The notes under the pieces were generated by a model. The model did no database searches, was not told the origin of the DNA, and saw only the letters and a program-made list of their open reading frames with translations. This document shows, one piece after another, positions 32,474 to 40,333 of a stretch of DNA of 41,804 nucleotides. A program made the translations under genes and the position numbers. Every line of letters begins with the position of its first letter. Within the stretch, counting starts at the first letter, position 1. The stretch is from a virus, in the IMG/VR virus record IMGVR_UViG_3300024895_000001, positions 1 to 41,804 of that record; one strand, 5' to 3'.

Positions 32474-33121
32474 TTATCTGGCCGCCTCTTCCATTGCCTT
32501 GACCCATTGGGTTTCGGAAACGATAGCTGGAAGACCATAGCGTTCCCGCCGCTGTAGCGCTGTTTCTATCTTTCTGCCGTAGGTAGTGTTGGCCCAGTTT
32601 TCTTCGATGACTGAGCCAACCACTAGGTAATCCAGCTTGCCAGTAACATTGTCGACTGGCATCGCTTCCAGTTTAAGTACGGCGCGCTCACAGGCGGCGC
32701 GGGTGCCAAAATGGAAGTTTCCCGTAAAGCAGAACGTCATGTTTCTGAAAAAAATGGATGGATCGTCATCGATAGGGACTGATGGCGCTTCTGGCGTGCA
32801 TGATCCGGTCTCTGCAAAATGATTACCGGAAAGTTGCGAGATGGATAGAAACAGGCTGTCGCGCTCATCTTGCGTGATGACGCCATCTGCCAGTATTTCA
32901 TCGATTCGTCTGGCTATTGAGCTGCCCGGCCAGACGGCCGTCGCATCTGCGTTCTCAGCGAGCCAGGTGCGCAGAAAAATAACTTCACGGTCATTGATCT
33001 GTCCGTCGGCGACAAGGCCGGTGCAGATGCCTAGAAGCGATTGAGCAGCTTTGGTGAGCGCCCGGGTCTGCAGGGCTTTTGCAGTAGCGTAGTCAGAATC
33101 CATAGATATGCCCTTTGTCAT
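32474..33121 (-). CDS. TerB-like N-terminal domain + C-terminal BRCT domain protein (lysogeny-expressed accessory gene candidate)
   Basis: It has paired ADGQINDREVIFLRTWL and ADGVITQDERDSLFLSI acidic helices (TerB-like). It also has FCFTGNFHFGTRAACERAVLKLEAMPVDNVTGKLDYLVVG (BRCT-like, as in LigA). An alternative start is at 33103. Confidence 0.6.
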   Translation of the reverse strand: MTKGISMDSDYATAKALQTRALTKAAQSLLGICTGLVADGQINDREVIFLRTWLAENADATAVWPGSSIARRIDEILADGVITQDERDSLFLSISQLSGNHFAETGSCTPEAPSVPIDDDPSIFFRNMTFCFTGNFHFGTRAACERAVLKLEAMPVDNVTGKLDYLVVGSVIEENWANTTYGRKIETALQRRERYGLPAIVSETQWVKAMEEAAR

Positions 33122-33177
33122 ATTTTAAAACGATAAATTGGTCTGTACCATCCGCTGCCGCCATGTCTGCATGTCAA

Positions 33178-33627
33178 TCAATTCGCAGCGTTTCCTTTAT
33201 TGATTCTGGGGAACTGATCGGCTAGATTCTGCGCGTGGGCGATGAGGCGATGCAGTCCGGCGTCATTGATATGCGAGGATACCTCTGCCAACTCGGCCAG
33301 TAACGGTGATGGAAAGCTGACAATCTCGGCGGGAGACGGCTCGGCGGCGGTGAGCTGGCGTGGATTCCGGGATGTCGCGATGCCATATTCGCGATCCGCC
33401 GGTGGAGCCGATATCGGCTCTTGCTTCCCCTTGCCGGTCTTCAGCCAGTATGCGTCGACGCCGAGCGCATGCGCTATTTCAATAAGCGACGATGGCATCT
33501 TTTGCCGTGCCCCTTTTTCGATTCCGTTAATTGTTGATTGTGCAACACCTGCTTTTTTGGCGAGCTGATCCTGTGTCAGCTCAAGCGCAGTGCGTAATCT
33601 GGTAACACGTTCGCCGGTGGTTTCCAT
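33178..33627 (-). CDS. Phage repressor (CI analogue): XRE-family HTH, no S24 peptidase domain
   Basis: RLRTALELTQDQLAKKAGVAQSTINGIEKG is an HTH. It is divergent from the cro-like gene across an operator-rich 72-bp region. At 149 aa the C-terminus is too short and dissimilar for a LexA-like protease. Confidence 0.75.
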   Translation of the reverse strand: METTGERVTRLRTALELTQDQLAKKAGVAQSTINGIEKGARQKMPSSLIEIAHALGVDAYWLKTGKGKQEPISAPPADREYGIATSRNPRQLTAAEPSPAEIVSFPSPLLAELAEVSSHINDAGLHRLIAHAQNLADQFPRINKGNAAN

Positions 33628-33691
33628 ATCGCGATTGTGCTAATAAATGATATCGCAAAGGCGTTGACGTGACTTATCGCAATCGCGATAA
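33626..33691. promoter_or_regulatory. Three 18-bp operators (O3 33626-33643, O2 33650-33667, O1 33674-33691) spaced exactly 24 bp start-to-start
   Basis: O1 is TTATCGC-aatc-GCGATAA (perfect palindrome arms). O2 is ATATCGC-aaag-GCGTTGA. O3 is ATATCGC-gatt-GTGCTAA and overlaps the repressor ATG. Confidence 0.7.
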
Positions 33692-33692
33692 T
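33664..33692 (+). promoter_or_regulatory. Early-right (PR-like) promoter: TTGACG - 17 nt - GATAAT
   Basis: Read directly. The -10 ends 7 nt before the cro-like ATG (33700) and there is no Shine-Dalgarno between them. Confidence 0.7.
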
Positions 33693-33699
33693 CATCGCC

Positions 33700-33930
33700 A
33701 TGAACTGGCAGAGCCTTATTTCCGAAATCCAATCCAGTGGCCTGTCGCAGGTGCAACTTGCTAAACGCTTGGGCAAATCTCAGGCCTGGGTCAGCGCTGT
33801 GTCCCAAGGCAAGTATCAAGACATCCGCTGGGCCGATGGACAAGCCCTGATCGCCCTGGCCGATTCTCTGCGCGAAACGAAGGCTACGGTCACCGCCGAA
33901 ATTTGCCCGAATCTGGAAAAGGCGACCTGA
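33700..33930 (+). CDS. Cro-like HTH regulator
   Basis: 76 aa with GLSQVQLAKRLGKSQAWVSAVSQGK (HTH). It is divergent from the repressor. Confidence 0.7.
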   Translation: MNWQSLISEIQSSGLSQVQLAKRLGKSQAWVSAVSQGKYQDIRWADGQALIALADSLRETKATVTAEICPNLEKAT

Positions 33931-34046
33931 GATGGCCAAGCCAGTGGATTCTCTTCTGACCCGGTTGGTGTTCTCGGAATTCCTTTGGGGTCTGACCGCG
34001 TTCTTCGCAAAACCCCATGAATGGGTGGTGGCGGAGCGGATGAGGA

Positions 34047-34340
34047 TTATTTTTGGCGATGGCTGTTCAACCAGCCTTGAAGCGTCCGAAAGCCATTTGC
34101 CGTGAAATATTCCCCGATCTCGAAGAAGGCTACTTCGTCGCCGGTCAGCAGGATGCGGCTGAAGCTCAGTTCGTGCGGTCGTCGCGGCGCGTCGAACAGG
34201 TATAGGACCGTCGAGGCGCCGAGTACGATTTTCTTGAAGTCGCTTCCCGTGGCGGCGCTGCGGATGACGTCGTCGATCTTCGCGTGTTCGCGTGTCGGTC
34301 TGGGTAGTTGGAATACGGCTAGGTATCTGTTCATGGCCAT
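34047..34340 (-). CDS. Hypothetical protein, antisense to the early-right operon
   Basis: 97-aa ORF with GC3-rich codon usage. It is the only credible gene between the cro-like and cII-like genes. Confidence 0.5.
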   Translation of the reverse strand: MAMNRYLAVFQLPRPTREHAKIDDVIRSAATGSDFKKIVLGASTVLYLFDAPRRPHELSFSRILLTGDEVAFFEIGEYFTANGFRTLQGWLNSHRQK

Positions 34341-34572
34341 GCTTTTCCCAATGATGAATGAGTGGAATCGTGATTCTAGCGGTTATGGCATGGCCGCCCC
34401 GTTGTCTCCCTCTGCGGCTCGCCGCCGCATCTTCGCGACCGGCTCTGCCCTTGGGTATCCGGTCGCATTTTTCCATTTGGTTGCTGGTCATGACTGACTC
34501 CGTTTTGTTCGTTGAGGCGATGTTGCCGCGGTTTCCAGTGGTGAAAAACGTTTGTTTTGGAGGTGTACACAC

Positions 34573-35034
34573 ATGAGCGATCTGCGTATTGCGGTGCATC
34601 GGGCCGCGCGAAAGTTCAACGGCGGGATCGAGGCTCTGGCGGCGGCGATGTCGTCGCCGGATCACCAGGTCAAGCCGCAGATTCTGCGCAATCAGCTGGT
34701 GGGTAACGAGCGGCATTCGCTGGGGCTGGATCGTTCAGAGGAGATCATCGATCTGTGCGACTCCGATGAGCTTGCCCATGCCGCTGCGCGGCAGCGTGGC
34801 GGTGTGTTCCTGAAGCTGCCTGAGCCTGGCCATCATGACCGCGAAGAGTTGCTTGAGAAGTTCAACGAGCTGTATTCGCGGCTTGGGGAGTTGTCGAGCG
34901 CTTTCCGGTCGGCGGTGGTCGATGGTGAGGTGGATACGCACGAGCGGCAGGATTTGACGCGGATGGGTCAGGATATTCACAGCACGCTTGAGGGGTTGCT
35001 GGCCCTGACCTTCGAGGTCTATTGCCGGAAGTGA
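34573..35034 (+). CDS. Phage regulatory protein CII-like (CP76 family)
   Basis: ATG 34573 is preceded by GGAGG. ...ILRNQLVGNERHSLGLDRSEEIIDLCDSDELAHAAARQRGGVFLKLPE... resembles CP76-type CII proteins (from memory). Confidence 0.55.
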   Translation: MSDLRIAVHRAARKFNGGIEALAAAMSSPDHQVKPQILRNQLVGNERHSLGLDRSEEIIDLCDSDELAHAAARQRGGVFLKLPEPGHHDREELLEKFNELYSRLGELSSAFRSAVVDGEVDTHERQDLTRMGQDIHSTLEGLLALTFEVYCRK

Positions 35035-35035
35035 T

Positions 35036-36079
35036 GTGAGCGAAAAGGCTATATCTATCGTCACGGCCGAATGGGAGGCCATGGCTGGTCTGCCTTACCT
35101 ACAGGTGAGGCTGTACCTGGTGCTGCGCTGGTATATGGATGTCGCAACGCGGCGGACTGGTGATGTGCGCGGGATCAGCTTGCAGGGGTTGTGCGAGGAG
35201 CTTTATGTCGAGCCGGCGCCTGGGCGTTCTGAGTCTGGGTCACCGAGCAAGAAGGCGGTGCGTAGTGCGCTGCAGCAGCTGGAGAAGCACGGCTTGATTC
35301 GGCCTTGCGGAAACGGTGAGGTGCTTGTTTTTTTTCTTCCGAAATCCGGTGTCGTTTCCGCTCGCCAAAAAACAAAGGGGCACAAAAGGGGCACGGGAAG
35401 CGGGCACGCAATGGGGCACGGCGAAACGCAGGATTTACAAGGCTTTGACGCTTTAAACGGGCACGCAATGGGGCAGCCCCAAAACCCCATAAAGGGGCAC
35501 ACCTCAGAAGTAAGAGTAAACCATCCGTATACCCAAGCAGTAGCAGCAGCATTAGCGCCTGTGGATAAAAATTTATCCACAGTGCCGCTGCTGCCAGTGC
35601 TGACTGATGAGGGGATTGCTGAATGGCTCAGGGCGAAGGAGGTGGCTAGGGGTTGTCGTGCCAGGGTGTTGGTGAATGAGGTTCGTAGGGCTGGCTGGGC
35701 TGCGTCAGGCGTGACGGCTGAGCAGCTTGCCGAGGCTTATGCGCTGGCTGCGATGGATAGGGAGGTCGCGAACAACCCGGCGCCGCTGAATGTGGCGTTC
35801 ATCGATATTTTCGTGAAAAGGGTTTGCAAGGGTGGTCTGGTGCCGGCTGGGGCAGCGGCGCGTACCTCTGGCGGCGCTTCATGGGTGTCGGCTGCGGCCG
35901 CCAGGTTGGGTGTGCGAGGTCAGCAGGAAGGTGAGTCGGACGCTGAGTTTGTTTCCAGGATTGGACTGGAGGAGGAGGCCCGCGGCCTTGGTGTTGTTGG
36001 TTTGGCCGATGGCGAGCCGGTGGTGGCATTGATGGCCAGGATTGATTCTGCGAAGGTCGCCAGGAGGCGTAGAGCATGA
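35036..36079 (+). CDS. Replication initiator (lambda O analogue) containing the origin
   Basis: The N-terminal wHTH-like region reads ...SALQQLEKHGLIRPCGNGEV.... An iteron array and DnaA boxes lie inside the ORF, as in lambda O/ori. GTG start. Confidence 0.6.
   Translation: MSEKAISIVTAEWEAMAGLPYLQVRLYLVLRWYMDVATRRTGDVRGISLQGLCEELYVEPAPGRSESGSPSKKAVRSALQQLEKHGLIRPCGNGEVLVFFLPKSGVVSARQKTKGHKRGTGSGHAMGHGETQDLQGFDALNGHAMGQPQNPIKGHTSEVRVNHPYTQAVAAALAPVDKNLSTVPLLPVLTDEGIAEWLRAKEVARGCRARVLVNEVRRAGWAASGVTAEQLAEAYALAAMDREVANNPAPLNVAFIDIFVKRVCKGGLVPAGAAARTSGGASWVSAAAARLGVRGQQEGESDAEFVSRIGLEEEARGLGVVGLADGEPVVALMARIDSAKVARRRRA
35375..35581. other. Candidate origin of replication: GGGGCAC-type iteron array (35375-35500), AT-richer spacer, and back-to-back DnaA boxes (35560-35581)
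   Basis: At least 6 copies of (A)GGGGCAC/GGGCAC are present. An 18-nt repeat, cgggcacgcaatggggca, occurs at 35401 and 35457. TGTGGATAA-aaat-TTATCCACA holds two perfect DnaA-box consensus sequences. Confidence 0.6.
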
Positions 36080-36285
36080 CCGATCTGTCGCCGTGGAAGC
36101 GTGTGAAGCAGAAGGTTGAGGCCGGTGAGTCGGTGCCGATTGCGGTGCGAAAGATGGCCGAGGAAGTGCTCGGTGAGCGCTTCTTCCGACCTTCACGGTC
36201 TGCGATGCGCCCTGACTTTCGTGACCGTGAGGCGGGAGACGACAGTTTCAATGACGATGCCGATGGCGGGATGGCGTTGTTGTGA
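36076..36285 (+). CDS. Hypothetical protein
   Basis: 69-aa ORF with an ATGA overlap with the rep gene stop. Confidence 0.45.
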   Translation: MTDLSPWKRVKQKVEAGESVPIAVRKMAEEVLGERFFRPSRSAMRPDFRDREAGDDSFNDDADGGMALL

Positions 36286-36518
36286 GCGGCGCGGTGGTGA
36301 TCTCCAAGCAGGCGGCAGCCGATACGAAGACGGTAGCTGACTTCTTTGGTATCGATATGGATTGGTGTTCGCACATCTTTCGCCATGCCGCTCGCGGCGA
36401 TCTGAAGGCCTACGAGGCAACGATGCGGCTGCTGGCCGAAGGGTGTCAGCAGGATATTCGGTTTGGGATGGCCGACCGGATACGGCAGGGAATAGCAAGG
36501 GAGAAGGGCAGGAAATGA
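36282..36518 (+). CDS. Hypothetical protein
   Basis: 78-aa ORF with a GTG start overlapping the upstream stop. Confidence 0.45.
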   Translation: MSGAVVISKQAAADTKTVADFFGIDMDWCSHIFRHAARGDLKAYEATMRLLAEGCQQDIRFGMADRIRQGIAREKGRK

Positions 36519-36712
36519 CAGGCGTTCCGTTCGGTTGGATGTACCAGGATCCGGCGTTGATTATTGACCGGCTGCGGGCAATGAGGGTGGCGATGGCCGC
36601 CGAAGAGAAGCGTCTGAAAGAACGGGATCGCGTCCGCAAGGCGCGGCGCATCCGCAAGCTGACTAAGCTGGCCAAGGCCGGCATGCTGAAAGGAACAGGC
36701 AATGGGCGATAA
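36515..36712 (+). CDS. Hypothetical small basic protein
   Basis: ATG 36515 overlaps the upstream stop (ATGA). 65 aa (MTGVPFGWMYQDP...). Confidence 0.45.
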   Translation: MTGVPFGWMYQDPALIIDRLRAMRVAMAAEEKRLKERDRVRKARRIRKLTKLAKAGMLKGTGNGR

Positions 36713-37169
36713 CCTGAACCGCGTCGAGAGCGCTGTCACGGCGACATCCAGCGGCAATCTGACTTGGGACAAATGGACGCTGGATTGTGCTGTGGCGCTA
36801 GGGCTTGCTGGCCAGCGCAATCCCTTGGGGTTTGCCATGGTGCGCTATCTATCCGACCCGCCGAGTTCAGGTAATGTCTGGTCACTGGTGCTGACACTGG
36901 CAGCCCAGATGCAAAAGCGCGGCGTCGCCAAGGAAGGGCTCAACGAGCTGGCCTTCCAGGCCTTCGAGTACTGGCAGAACAGCCGCTGCCCATCGTGTGG
37001 TGGCCGCGGGGTTATCTCGCAGGATCAACGCCAGTGTCAGCCCTGCTCCGGTACCGGACAGCGGCCAATACCGAGCAGTCCAGACCCGGTGCGCATCGGT
37101 GTGTCCTGTCTGCTTGAGGCCGAGAGTTACCTAGAGGGGCAGCTCAATGCACGCATGCGGATCGGTTAA
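36702..37169 (+). CDS. Zinc-finger protein, possible late-gene antiterminator (Q-like) by position
   Basis: It has CPSCGGRG...CQPCSGTG (a CxxCxGxG pair). It is the last early-right gene before the packaging/late genes. This is a positional inference only. Confidence 0.3.
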   Translation: MGDNLNRVESAVTATSSGNLTWDKWTLDCAVALGLAGQRNPLGFAMVRYLSDPPSSGNVWSLVLTLAAQMQKRGVAKEGLNELAFQAFEYWQNSRCPSCGGRGVISQDQRQCQPCSGTGQRPIPSSPDPVRIGVSCLLEAESYLEGQLNARMRIG

Positions 37170-37195
37170 TTTGCAACTCGTTGACTCTCAAGGGG

Positions 37196-37225
37196 TTGAC
37201 AGTGGGTGTAGGATAAAAATATAGC
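37196..37225 (+). promoter_or_regulatory. Candidate late promoter TTGACA - 18 nt - TATAGC
   Basis: Read directly downstream of the Q-like gene. The -10 is weak and sits only 1 nt before the HNH ATG, so the assignment is uncertain. Confidence 0.25.
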
Positions 37226-37226
37226 C

Positions 37227-37610
37227 ATGCCAATCTCAGCATCCCGGCCTTGCCGGTACCCTGGATGTGGTCAGTTGGTCAGTGATGGCAGCTACTGCGC
37301 AACGCACAAGCGACCAGACCCCGGGTCATTCTCTGATCCCAGCCGCGGCACACGGCATGAGCGCGGCTATGGCAGCAAGTGGGACAAGCTGCGGGCGTGG
37401 ATACTGAAGCGCGACAACGGTCTTTGCCAGCAGTGCCTGCGCAATGGCCGCCTCACTCCGGTTGGTCTGACGAAGTTCTCCTACTTCTGCGACCACATCA
37501 AGCCGAAAGAAGAGGGCGGAACAGATGACGAGAGCAACCTCGAAGCGCTCTGCAAACCGTGTCACACAGCGAAGACAGACCGGGAAAAGAACAGAGGGAG
37601 GGGCGGGTAA
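37227..37610 (+). CDS. HNH endonuclease (packaging-associated)
   Basis: It has ...CQQCLRNGRLTPV...DHIKPKEEGGTDDESNLEALCKPCHTAKT. Its position upstream of terS/terL is as in HK97-like cos phages. Confidence 0.85.
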   Translation: MPISASRPCRYPGCGQLVSDGSYCATHKRPDPGSFSDPSRGTRHERGYGSKWDKLRAWILKRDNGLCQQCLRNGRLTPVGLTKFSYFCDHIKPKEEGGTDDESNLEALCKPCHTAKTDREKNRGRGG

Positions 37611-38033
37611 AATCTCTAGCCCGACTGCTTTCAGGACCGAGCGCTAAGTCAAATTTTTTCGTGCGGGAGTTATTGGGAGGGGGGGTACCCCTGCCGGTGG
37701 CCTGTCCGTGCAAACGTGTGCACCAAAAACATCCGAAAGTCGGGCTTAGCGCGGATGAGGCCAATGACGGATCGCCAAGATCTAGCAGGCAGCGCGTAGC
37801 GTCGGGAGTAGCCAACCCGTTAATCGAGTCACTTAAGGCTTTCACTATGTCGGACTGGCATCCTCCAGTCGCCGGATCACGTAACCGGCAAGAATAAAAC
37901 CCTGAGCCAGCGTGCTCGCGCCAAGGGTGAGATGGTGACCCGGGTCGCTTCGGCGACCCGGTGATCCTGACCATACCGGCCGAGCCAGTGAGATCCTGAA
38001 AACCAGAATCTCCCCCTGGTGGGGAAATCATCC

Positions 38034-38056
38034 AACCGCCTTCGGGCGGTTTTTTC
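38034..38056 (+). terminator. Rho-independent terminator-like hairpin (aaccgcc-ttcg-ggcggtt + T-run) immediately upstream of terS
   Basis: Read directly. It is nearly identical to the hairpin at 7984-8007. Confidence 0.65.
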
Positions 38057-38072
38057 GTTTACGGAGATCGCC

Positions 38073-38621
38073 ATGGGTGAGAGAGGACCGAAGCCGTTGC
38101 CAGGCAACGTTCATCTGTTGCGTGGCAATGCGAGCAAGAAGCCGATCGGCGCGCTGCTCGATGAGTTCCAGCCGGAAGTCGAGATCCCGAGTTTCCCCTC
38201 CTGGATCTGGCCCGAGGCCAAGAAGGAATGGAAGCGGATTTCCACAGAGCTCGAGCGCTACGGGCTGATCTCGAAACTCGATCGCGCCGCCCTGGTGCTG
38301 TACTGCCAGGCCTGGGCCAAGATGGTCTGGGCAGAGAACCAGCTGTCGCGCGCCATGAAGCTGGCCGAAGAGGCCCGCCTGGCGGCCGAGGTCAAGGGCG
38401 AGGAATACACCGGTGGCGATGGCATGATGGTCAGGACGGCCAACGGTAATTTCACCTATTCGCATCACTGGGTAGTCGGCAAGCATGCCGGGGCCGAGGT
38501 TCGGCGTTATCTCGATCTGTTCGGCCTGTCGCCCAGCGCCCGGTCCCGCGTCCGCACCAGCGATAACCGCCAGGGCCAACTGTTCGAAGAAGGCTCTCAA
38601 GACCAATGGGCCCAGCTGTGA
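38073..38621 (+). CDS. terS: Terminase small subunit (P27 family)
   Basis: MGERGPKPLPGNVHLLRGNASKKP... is the typical P27-family N-terminus. GGAG lies 7 nt upstream. The ORF-track start at 38019 would read through the terminator hairpin. Confidence 0.8.
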   Translation: MGERGPKPLPGNVHLLRGNASKKPIGALLDEFQPEVEIPSFPSWIWPEAKKEWKRISTELERYGLISKLDRAALVLYCQAWAKMVWAENQLSRAMKLAEEARLAAEVKGEEYTGGDGMMVRTANGNFTYSHHWVVGKHAGAEVRRYLDLFGLSPSARSRVRTSDNRQGQLFEEGSQDQWAQL

Positions 38622-40333
38622 GCTCCGCGCCAACCACCTTCGCCGAAATCGCCACGGCGTATGCCCGCGAAGTGGTCGACGGCAAGATCGTCGCCTGCAA
38701 GTGGCACCGCCTGGCCTGCGCCCGCCACCTCAATGATCTTGAGCGCTCTGCCGCTGGCACCTTCGCCTACGTCTGGAATCCTGAGCTGACCGACGTTAAG
38801 GGCAAGGCCTACTTCCCGGCCGAGCGCATCTGCAAGTTTGCCGAGCTGATGCCCCACATCAAGGGCGACTGGGCGGCCCGTGGCCAGCTCATCAAGCTTG
38901 AGCGCTGGCAGGTTTTCATTCTGGCCAGCATCTTCGGCTGGGTGCACAAGGTCACCTTCAAGCGCCGCTTCCGTGTCGCTGACGTCATCGTGCCGCGCAA
39001 GAATGCCAAGAGCACGCTGGCCGCCGTCATCGGCAACTACATGCTCGCTGTCGATGGCGAATTCGGCGCCGAAGTCTATTCCGGCGCCACCTCACAGGAT
39101 CAGGCCATGGAAGTCTTCCGGCCGGCCCTGCTGATGGCCCGAGCCACGCCGCGCTTCATCCAGGCCTACGGCGTCATGGTCAATGCCTCAAACCTGTCGA
39201 TCGCCGAAAACAACTCGAAATTCGAGCCCGTCATCGGCAAACCCGGCGACGGCGCCAGCCCCAGCTGCGCCATCGTCGATGAGTACCACGAGCACAAGAC
39301 CTCAGAACTATTCGACACCATGCAGACCGGCATGGGCGCCCGTTCGCAGCCGCTCATCCTGGTCATCACAACCGCCGGATCAGACATCTCAGGCCCGTGC
39401 TACCTGCACCAGGTTGAGCTGCAGAAGATCCTCGAAGGCGTTGTCGAAAACGACCAGCGCTTCGGCATCGTCTTCACCATGGACGAAGACGACGACTGGA
39501 CAACAGAGATCGCGCTCAAAAAGGCCAACCCGAACTACGGCATCTCCATCGATGCCGAGTACCTGCAGCTGCAGCAGCGCGATGCCATCGCTGACACCCG
39601 CAAGCAGAACGTATTCAAGACCAAGCACCTCGATGTCTGGGTCGCGGCCGCCTCGCCATGGTTGAACCTCTACAACCTGCAGCAATCCGGCGACCCGAGC
39701 CTGACCATTGAAAGTCACGACTGGGACGGTTGCGTTGAAGGCCTTGACCTGGCCAGCAAGCAGGACATCGCCAGCCGGGTAAAACTCTGCTGGCGTGATC
39801 TGGACGACGGTCGCCACTACTACGCATTCTCCAGAAACTATGTCCCGCAATCGACCGTCGACAAGCCGGAAAACGCTCATTACCAAGCCTGGGTTCATAG
39901 CGGTCACCTGATCGCAACCCCGGGCAATATGATTGACCTCGAACAGATTCAGGAAGAACTGATCGAATCGGCCAGCCAGGTGCATATTCGCGAAGTCGCT
40001 AAAGACCCATGGGGCGGTCACCAACTCGGCGCAAACCTCGCCGCCGAAGGATTCACCGTCGTCGATATACCGCAGCAGGTGCGCTACCTGTCGGACCCGA
40101 TGAAAGAAATCGCCGCCGTCGTCGATGCCGGCCGCTTTCACCACGATGGAAACCCGGCCTACGTCTGGATGATGAGCAACGTCGAAGTGCATGAAGACCG
40201 CAACGAAAACATCTTCCCGCGTAAATCGCGGTCCAGCAACAAGATCGACGCCGCGGTGGCCACCATCGTTGCCATGAACCGAGCTCTTGCTGTCGAAATT
40301 GAAAACGTCGTCCCGTCCCTGGAGATCTGGTGA
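38606..40333 (+). CDS. terL: Terminase large subunit
   Basis: 575 aa with the Walker-A-like VPRKNAKST, IVDEYHEH (Walker B-like), and a C-terminal nuclease region. Synteny runs terS-terL-portal. An alternative GTG start at 38618 overlaps the terS stop. Confidence 0.85.
   Translation: MGPAVSSAPTTFAEIATAYAREVVDGKIVACKWHRLACARHLNDLERSAAGTFAYVWNPELTDVKGKAYFPAERICKFAELMPHIKGDWAARGQLIKLERWQVFILASIFGWVHKVTFKRRFRVADVIVPRKNAKSTLAAVIGNYMLAVDGEFGAEVYSGATSQDQAMEVFRPALLMARATPRFIQAYGVMVNASNLSIAENNSKFEPVIGKPGDGASPSCAIVDEYHEHKTSELFDTMQTGMGARSQPLILVITTAGSDISGPCYLHQVELQKILEGVVENDQRFGIVFTMDEDDDWTTEIALKKANPNYGISIDAEYLQLQQRDAIADTRKQNVFKTKHLDVWVAAASPWLNLYNLQQSGDPSLTIESHDWDGCVEGLDLASKQDIASRVKLCWRDLDDGRHYYAFSRNYVPQSTVDKPENAHYQAWVHSGHLIATPGNMIDLEQIQEELIESASQVHIREVAKDPWGGHQLGANLAAEGFTVVDIPQQVRYLSDPMKEIAAVVDAGRFHHDGNPAYVWMMSNVEVHEDRNENIFPRKSRSSNKIDAAVATIVAMNRALAVEIENVVPSLEIW

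Noticed and set aside
33932-34105. 57-codon + strand ORF immediately after the cro-like gene.
   Set aside because: Its codon bias is mixed, no RBS is visible, and it overlaps the 3' end of the better-supported minus-strand 97-aa gene. The evidence is insufficient.
37196-37225. A confident late promoter or Q-binding site downstream of the Q-like gene.
   Set aside because: Only a good -35 is present. The -10 is weak and abuts the HNH start codon. It is kept as a low-confidence feature and not promoted to a finding.
38019-38072. Upstream extension of terS (MGKSSNRLRAVFSFTEIA...).
   Set aside because: It would translate through the terminator hairpin. The ATG at 38073 has a GGAG RBS and begins the conserved P27-family N-terminus.
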